From: Patescibacteria group bacterium
GTDB taxonomy: Bacteria > Patescibacteriota > Minisyncoccia > Portnoybacterales > UBA2143
Assembly (NCBI GenBank): GCA_018829245.1
Contig: JAHJUH010000067.1
Coordinates: 1 to 44,502 of the forward strand
Direction: 5' to 3'
Length of the DNA: 44,502 nucleotides
The notes beneath the pieces were generated by a model, which searched no databases, was not told the DNA's origin, and saw only the letters and a list, made by a program, of their open reading frames with translations. How positions within the stretch are numbered: the first letter of the stretch is position 1; each line of letters begins with the position of its first letter. Of this stretch, positions 38,176 to 43,144 are shown piece after piece. Made by a program: the position numbers and the translations under genes.

Positions 38176-39656
38176 GTTTTTGTGACAAACCTTTTAGCTA
38201 ATTTATAATCCCAAGGAAGCCAGAAACATTTCATTTTCCATCTTAACTGACATAATAATACAAAAAAAAGTTTTAAAAGCTTATTTACTTTAATGGTTGA
38301 ACCCATAGCACTTTCGATTGAATGAGCTCCAAATCTGACATAGGCCTCTAATGATTCTATAAACCCAGGGTTATCAAGCCAAGGAAATTTACTGATATCT
38401 AAATAATTTAATTCATCTTTAACTGTTTCTCCCCACTGATCTAGTGATTCAGGTTCTTGCCAGCCCACGGCTAAGCATTCTTTGTAAAGTTCTGAACCAG
38501 GATAAGGTCTAAAAGCCTGAGGCCCTAAAATTTGAACCTGATCGCCTAATTTAACTAACTCATCAATTAATTCTAATGTTTCCATTACTTCACTTCTAGT
38601 TTCGCCCGGTAAACCAGCCATAAAGGAATATTGGGGAATAATTCCATACTTTAAACACATCTTAGCTGAATTGATTACATCTTCGGGCATAATGTCTTTC
38701 TTAATTTTTTTTAAAATACGAGGACAACCTGATTCTGCACCAAAAGACAGTAGATAGCAACCAGATTCTTTTAACTTTTTAATAAATTCTTCATCAATTA
38801 TTCCTTCTCTTAAATAATTAGCCCGAACAGTTGTTTCCCAGGGTGTAATTAAATCTTCTTCTATCATTCCATTAATAATCTGTTTAGCTCTTTTAATATC
38901 AACAAAAAAGTTTTCATCCCAAAAACGAAGTTTTTTTGCTTTCCCGCCCTGAAAGGGCGAGGTCTCGCCTTTGGCGGAAAAATATTCTTTGTTTTTTATT
39001 ATCCTTATATCTTCTAGAACTTGCTCAGCTGTTCTTGTCCGCCAATGGTTTTTAAGAATAGCGTTGATACAAAAAGTACAGCGATGAGGACAACCTCGAG
39101 AAGTTAAAGAAGGAATTAAATGAAGATTTTCTAAAATTTCTTTAGGCACTAACTCCCAATTAAAAAGAGGCATTTGAGCTGGATCATGTAATTCTCGTGG
39201 TTGGTTAATAATAACCTCATCTCCTGATTGATAGGCAATCCCTTTAATATCATTTAGAGATTTACCATTAACAATATCCAACATAGTTAACTCACCTTCG
39301 CCATAACAGACCATATCAATCAAAAAATGACTAGCTGTTTGTTTAATAAAGAAACTCGGGTGAGGACCACCCCAAATAACCTGACAATCAGAGTTATTTT
39401 CTTTAACTAAACGAGATAATTCTAGGGCCTCTGGAATTTGTGTCGTCATAACTGAAATTCCGACATAATCACAATCTTTAACTTTTTCTTTAACTAAATC
39501 TAAATAATTTTTCTGCCTGACCCCGTCAATGATCTCCACCTTAATATTATAAAAATCTAAATATGTAGCAATACTTAATAATCCAACGGAAATAGAGCTA
39601 TCGTAATTCTCCTTATTAATATTAAAAGCCGGATTGATTAGTAAAACTTTAGACAT
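38172..39656 (-). CDS. B12-binding domain radical SAM protein (class B), paralog R6, carrying a 15-codon GC-rich insert
   Basis: MSKVLLINPA, YVGISVM, VIWGGPHPS, VCYGEGE. Cluster motif GCPHRCTFC. The tracked ORF starts at 39671, but ATG 39656 matches the paralog N-termini. The insert SAKGETSPFQGGKAK lies at 38934-38978. Confidence 0.9.
   Translation of the reverse strand: MSKVLLINPAFNINKENYDSSISVGLLSIATYLDFYNIKVEIIDGVRQKNYLDLVKEKVKDCDYVGISVMTTQIPEALELSRLVKENNSDCQVIWGGPHPSFFIKQTASHFLIDMVCYGEGELTMLDIVNGKSLNDIKGIAYQSGDEVIINQPRELHDPAQMPLFNWELVPKEILENLHLIPSLTSRGCPHRCTFCINAILKNHWRTRTAEQVLEDIRIIKNKEYFSAKGETSPFQGGKAKKLRFWDENFFVDIKRAKQIINGMIEEDLITPWETTVRANYLREGIIDEEFIKKLKESGCYLLSFGAESGCPRILKKIKKDIMPEDVINSAKMCLKYGIIPQYSFMAGLPGETRSEVMETLELIDELVKLGDQVQILGPQAFRPYPGSELYKECLAVGWQEPESLDQWGETVKDELNYLDISKFPWLDNPGFIESLEAYVRFGAHSIESAMGSTIKVNKLLKLFFVLLCQLRWKMKCFWLPWDYKLAKRFVTKT
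38943..38977. repeat. GC-rich multi-hairpin element E1 embedded in frame in radical SAM gene R6
   Basis: CCCGCCCTGAAAGGGCGAGGTCTCGCCTTTGGCGG. CGCCCT pairs with AGGGCG, GGCGAG with CTCGCC, and CGCC with GGCG. GC content is far above the flanking A/T runs. Confidence 0.6.
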
Positions 39657-39657
39657 A

Positions 39658-40818
39658 TTACAAATTCTCAAAAATCATTACTGTTTCTTTAACTAGATCG
39701 TCCCAAGAAAATCTTTTTAAATCTTCCTTGGCATTACTAACCAATCGATTAGCTAGTTCTTGATCATCTAGAATTCGACTAATCGCTTTAAACCATTGTC
39801 CTTTATCCCGATAATCAACTAATAATCCCGTTTGACCGTTTTTAATTGTCTCTAGATTACCACCAGCTTTAGTGGTGATAACAGGTATCCCCACCTTCAT
39901 GGCCTCCAAAATAACAAAGGACATTCCTTCATAATTTGTATTTAAAACAAAAACATCAGCCATTTTTAAATAAGCAACAACTAATTGACGGCTAATCCGA
40001 CCAACAAAAAAAACATTTTCCTCTACATCTAAATCAAGAACTAATTTTTCTAAATTCTTCCTTTCTGGACCCTCGCTAATAATGACGAATTTAATATCTC
40101 CATATTTCTCAATAAGTCGAGGCATAATTTTGATCAACATATCAACACCCTTCCAAGGGGTTAAGCGAGCATTAGTTAGAATAACTCGTCCAGAAATATT
40201 AAGTTCTTTTTTTAAATCTACTTTCAAATCATCGTTTAAATCTAAAAAATCAACTGAGTTGTAAATTACTTTAATTTTCTCCTCGGCTACCCCAATTTTT
40301 TGAGCTAAATCTTTAAGAAAATTACTGACAACAATGACTTTATCAGAATTAAGTAAAATCTTTTTTCTAATTTTTTTACGCTTTTCAATTAAATGAGAGT
40401 ATTGCTTATCCTGAAAAGTTAAAATATCATCTGTAGTTATTCCCTGACTTAAAGCCGTTTCCCAAGCTGAATCACCAACAAACCTAGTCACCAACTTCTT
40501 ACCCAAAAATCTTTTGATCAATAGGGCGGTTAAGCCAGCTGTATATAAATCCTGGTTGTAAATAATATCTGATTTTAAAGCCAACCAAAAACCTTTGATT
40601 AAATAAAGAAAACTTTTTAAAAAAGAAGGCCATTTATCAGAAATAACTTTAACTGAATAAGGATATTTTTTTGCTTCATTTTTATTACCGAAAGTTAAAA
40701 CAGTTACCTGATAACCACGTTCAATAAGATCTTTATTAAGCTCCTTTAATAAGGTTGGTGGTCCACCAACTCCTTTTAAGAAAACTCCAGTTAAAATTAG
40801 AATTCTATTATTTCTCAT
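39658..40818 (-). CDS. GT4 (GT-B fold) glycosyltransferase
   Basis: GVGGPPT near the N-terminus, YEGMSFVILEAMKVGIPVITTKAGGNLE, GLLV. Confidence 0.85.
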   Translation of the reverse strand: MRNNRILILTGVFLKGVGGPPTLLKELNKDLIERGYQVTVLTFGNKNEAKKYPYSVKVISDKWPSFLKSFLYLIKGFWLALKSDIIYNQDLYTAGLTALLIKRFLGKKLVTRFVGDSAWETALSQGITTDDILTFQDKQYSHLIEKRKKIRKKILLNSDKVIVVSNFLKDLAQKIGVAEEKIKVIYNSVDFLDLNDDLKVDLKKELNISGRVILTNARLTPWKGVDMLIKIMPRLIEKYGDIKFVIISEGPERKNLEKLVLDLDVEENVFFVGRISRQLVVAYLKMADVFVLNTNYEGMSFVILEAMKVGIPVITTKAGGNLETIKNGQTGLLVDYRDKGQWFKAISRILDDQELANRLVSNAKEDLKRFSWDDLVKETVMIFENL

Positions 40819-41933
40819 AATTTATTGAAAATATTTTCCATCTTTTGAGCAACGCTATCCCAAGTATATTTTTCCCTAACTAGATTTAACCCATTATTGA
40901 TTAATGTTTCCCTAAGTTCATCATTCCCTAAAATTTCTTTAATCTTTTCGGCAATATCTTGAGGATTATTTACCTCACAAAACAAACCTGTTTTTCTGTC
41001 TTCCAAGAAATCAACTATTCCACCCACGGGCGTAGCGATAATTGGCACTCCAGCCGCCATTGCCTCTAGAAAAGAAATGCCTAGACCCTCAGATAAAGAA
41101 GCTCGAACAAAAACATCGGCTGAAGAATAGTATTTTGCTAAATCTCTATGATTAATCTCCCCTTCAAAAACAACTTTATCTTCAAGATTTAATTTTTTGG
41201 TTAAATTCTTTAACTCTTTTTCTTGTTCTCCACTTCCAATAATTATAATTTTAAATAAAAAATCTAAATATTGTCCGGCTTTAATTAAATCAGCTACGCC
41301 ATTTTTCTTGACTAGGCGAGAGACAGTTAAGATTTTGAGGTCCGACCTTTGCAAAGGTCGGACCTCAAAATCTGATCTAAATACATCTAAATCAACTCCA
41401 TTAGGGACAACTTTGATGGGACATTTTGCTCCCATATTTTTAGCCCAATTAGATAAAAAATTGCTAATCGCCTGGATATAGTCAGTTTGCTTAAAAATCT
41501 GATAAAACCAGTATTTAAAAATACCAACTTTTTTTAAAATTTCTTCTGGAGGATCACCTTCTTGGAGGGTTAATAGCCATGGTATATGAGGAAATTTTTT
41601 CTTAAAACGTAAACCTAAAAACCCACCGAAAGAGGCCATAATAGACCAAACTAGCTTATAATCTCTTTTTTTATTTAAACTTATTGCCTTTTTTAGACCT
41701 AGAAAAGGCAAGAGATATTTATCGAAATTAGAACCAAAACCAACCCGGTAAACATTAATATTATTAATTTTCTCTTCTTCTTTTAACTCTTTCTGTATTT
41801 TGGCTGTGATCATATCAAACTCAAAACCCTCAATTCGGTCTGTTATTTCCTTAACAGCCACTTCTGCCCCACCTATTAAAGGAAAATAAGCCGTAGAAAA
41901 AATTAAAACTTTTGGCACTTGATTATTGGCCAT
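40815..41933 (-). CDS. GT4 (GT-B fold) glycosyltransferase containing a perfect 44-bp palindrome in its interdomain linker
   Basis: IGGAEVAV near the N-terminus, SEGLGISFLEAMAAGVPIIATPVGGIVD. The palindrome at 41330-41373 encodes DFEVRPLQRSDLKI. Confidence 0.85.
   Translation of the reverse strand: MANNQVPKVLIFSTAYFPLIGGAEVAVKEITDRIEGFEFDMITAKIQKELKEEEKINNINVYRVGFGSNFDKYLLPFLGLKKAISLNKKRDYKLVWSIMASFGGFLGLRFKKKFPHIPWLLTLQEGDPPEEILKKVGIFKYWFYQIFKQTDYIQAISNFLSNWAKNMGAKCPIKVVPNGVDLDVFRSDFEVRPLQRSDLKILTVSRLVKKNGVADLIKAGQYLDFLFKIIIIGSGEQEKELKNLTKKLNLEDKVVFEGEINHRDLAKYYSSADVFVRASLSEGLGISFLEAMAAGVPIIATPVGGIVDFLEDRKTGLFCEVNNPQDIAEKIKEILGNDELRETLINNGLNLVREKYTWDSVAQKMENIFNKL
41330..41373. repeat. Perfect 44-bp palindrome E2 (22+22, no loop) inside a GT4 coding sequence
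   Basis: AGATTTTGAGGTCCGACCTTTG|CAAAGGTCGGACCTCAAAATCT. I verified it base by base as its own reverse complement. Confidence 0.9.
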
Positions 41934-41955
41934 ATATGCTTTAATATACTATAAA
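41934..41955. promoter_or_regulatory. 22-bp divergent intergenic region with face-to-face -10-like boxes; candidate leaderless starts
   Basis: ATATGCTTTAATATACTATAAA. On the plus strand TATACT ends 5 nt before ATG 41956. On the minus strand TATATT ends 9 nt before ATG 41933. Neither start has a Shine-Dalgarno. AT-rich sequence makes chance matches likely. Confidence 0.3.
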
Positions 41956-43143
41956 ATGACTAAAAATTCAACTTGCCTCGCCGAAGCAAGGCGTAGGCGG
42001 GTTCTATACATAATTACTAAATCTGTCTGGGGCGGGGCTGCTAAGTACGTCTATGACCTCTCAACTAACCTAATGAGTGGGTTTGATGTGGCTATAGCTG
42101 CTGGCCTGCCTCGTAGCAAGGCGGGTGGACAGGGTCAATTTTATAAAGAGGTAAAAAAAACCAATATCCCCTATTATCAAATCACCAATTTCCAACGAAC
42201 TATTAATCCCTTTAAGGATTTGTTCGCTTTTTTTGAGATTTTAAGCCTCCTTTTCCAGCTAAAGCCAGATATCATCCATGTTAATAGTTCTAAAGCCGGT
42301 GGTATTGTTGGTTTAGCTGGTTTGATTTATAAAGTATTTTATAATAAAGAAATTAAACTTGTTTTTACCGCTCATGGTTGGGCTTTTAATGAAGATCGTC
42401 CTCAATGGCAAATTAGTCTAATTAAATTCTTTAGCAAAGTAACTTCTTTATTTTATGACAAAATAATTTGTGTTTCTGAATATGATCGCCAAATGGCTCT
42501 TAAATATAAAATCGCGCCAGAAAGAAAATTAATTACTATTCATAATGGCATAGATATTAAAAATATTAATTTTCTTTCTAAAGAACAAGCTCAAAAAAAA
42601 TTAATCGGTCGAGAATCTCCTTTACTTATCGGCACAATTGCTGAATGGACTAAGAATAAAGGATTAATTTATTTAATTAAAGCGACTCAGATCCTCGAAT
42701 TAAAAGAAAAAGAATTTGATGTTATTCTCATCGGTAGCGGAGAAAATCCAGATAAAGAAAAAATGTATGATTATGATAAAAAATATAACTTGGATAATGT
42801 CCGCTTAATTGAATTTATGCCTGAGGCAATTAAGTATCTTAAAGGGTTTAATATCTTCATTCTTCCATCTCTTAAAGAAGGATTACCTTATACGATCATT
42901 GAAGCCATGGCCGCTCAGCTACCTATTATTGCCACTAATGTTGGTGGTATTCCAGAAATGATAGAGAATAATATTAATGGTATTTTAATAGAACCAAAAA
43001 ATCCCGATTTAATCGGGGAAAAAATTACTTATCTAATTAACAATCCAGAAAAAGCTCAAGTTATGGCTCAAAAAGCCAGACAAAAAGCAGAACAAAAATT
43101 CAGTTTGAATAAGATGATAGAAAAAACAAAAAAGCTATATTAA
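41956..43143 (+). CDS. GT4 (GT-B fold) glycosyltransferase with two GC-rich motif copies in its 5' region
   Basis: VLYIITKSVWGGAAKYVYDL N-terminal strand, NSSKAGG, KEGLPYTIIEAMAAQLPIIATNVGGIPE. The tracked ORF uses TTG 41926, which would overlap the divergent gene start. ATG 41956 is preferred. Confidence 0.8.
   Translation: MTKNSTCLAEARRRRVLYIITKSVWGGAAKYVYDLSTNLMSGFDVAIAAGLPRSKAGGQGQFYKEVKKTNIPYYQITNFQRTINPFKDLFAFFEILSLLFQLKPDIIHVNSSKAGGIVGLAGLIYKVFYNKEIKLVFTAHGWAFNEDRPQWQISLIKFFSKVTSLFYDKIICVSEYDRQMALKYKIAPERKLITIHNGIDIKNINFLSKEQAQKKLIGRESPLLIGTIAEWTKNKGLIYLIKATQILELKEKEFDVILIGSGENPDKEKMYDYDKKYNLDNVRLIEFMPEAIKYLKGFNIFILPSLKEGLPYTIIEAMAAQLPIIATNVGGIPEMIENNINGILIEPKNPDLIGEKITYLINNPEKAQVMAQKARQKAEQKFSLNKMIEKTKKLY
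41972..42001. repeat. GC-rich hairpin element E3 at the 5' end of a GT4 coding sequence
   Basis: CTTGCCTCGCCGAAGCAAGGCGTAGGCGGG. GCCTCGCC pairs with GGCG(T)AGGC around a 7-nt loop. It shares TGCCTCG and AGCAAGGCG with E4. Confidence 0.7.
42103..42128. repeat. GC-rich hairpin element E4, a second copy of the E3 core in another reading frame
   Basis: GGCCTGCCTCGTAGCAAGGCGGGTGG. CCTGCCT pairs with AGGCGGG (one G-T) around a 7-nt loop. Core TGCCTCG-N1-AGCAAGGCG compares with TGCCTCG-N4-AGCAAGGCG in E3. Confidence 0.7.
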
Positions 43144-43144
43144 A

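Noticed and set aside
41330-41373. The 44-bp palindrome as a bidirectional intrinsic terminator.
   Set aside because: On either strand the T-run precedes the stem and the A-run follows it, which is the opposite of terminator geometry. It also lies in the middle of a gene whose downstream half encodes essential GT4 motifs.
41197-41481. A 94-aa plus-strand ORF that reads through the 44-bp palindrome.
   Set aside because: It is antisense to a GT4 gene whose conserved motifs flank the palindrome on both sides. A palindrome is open on both strands by symmetry, so this ORF is a by-product.
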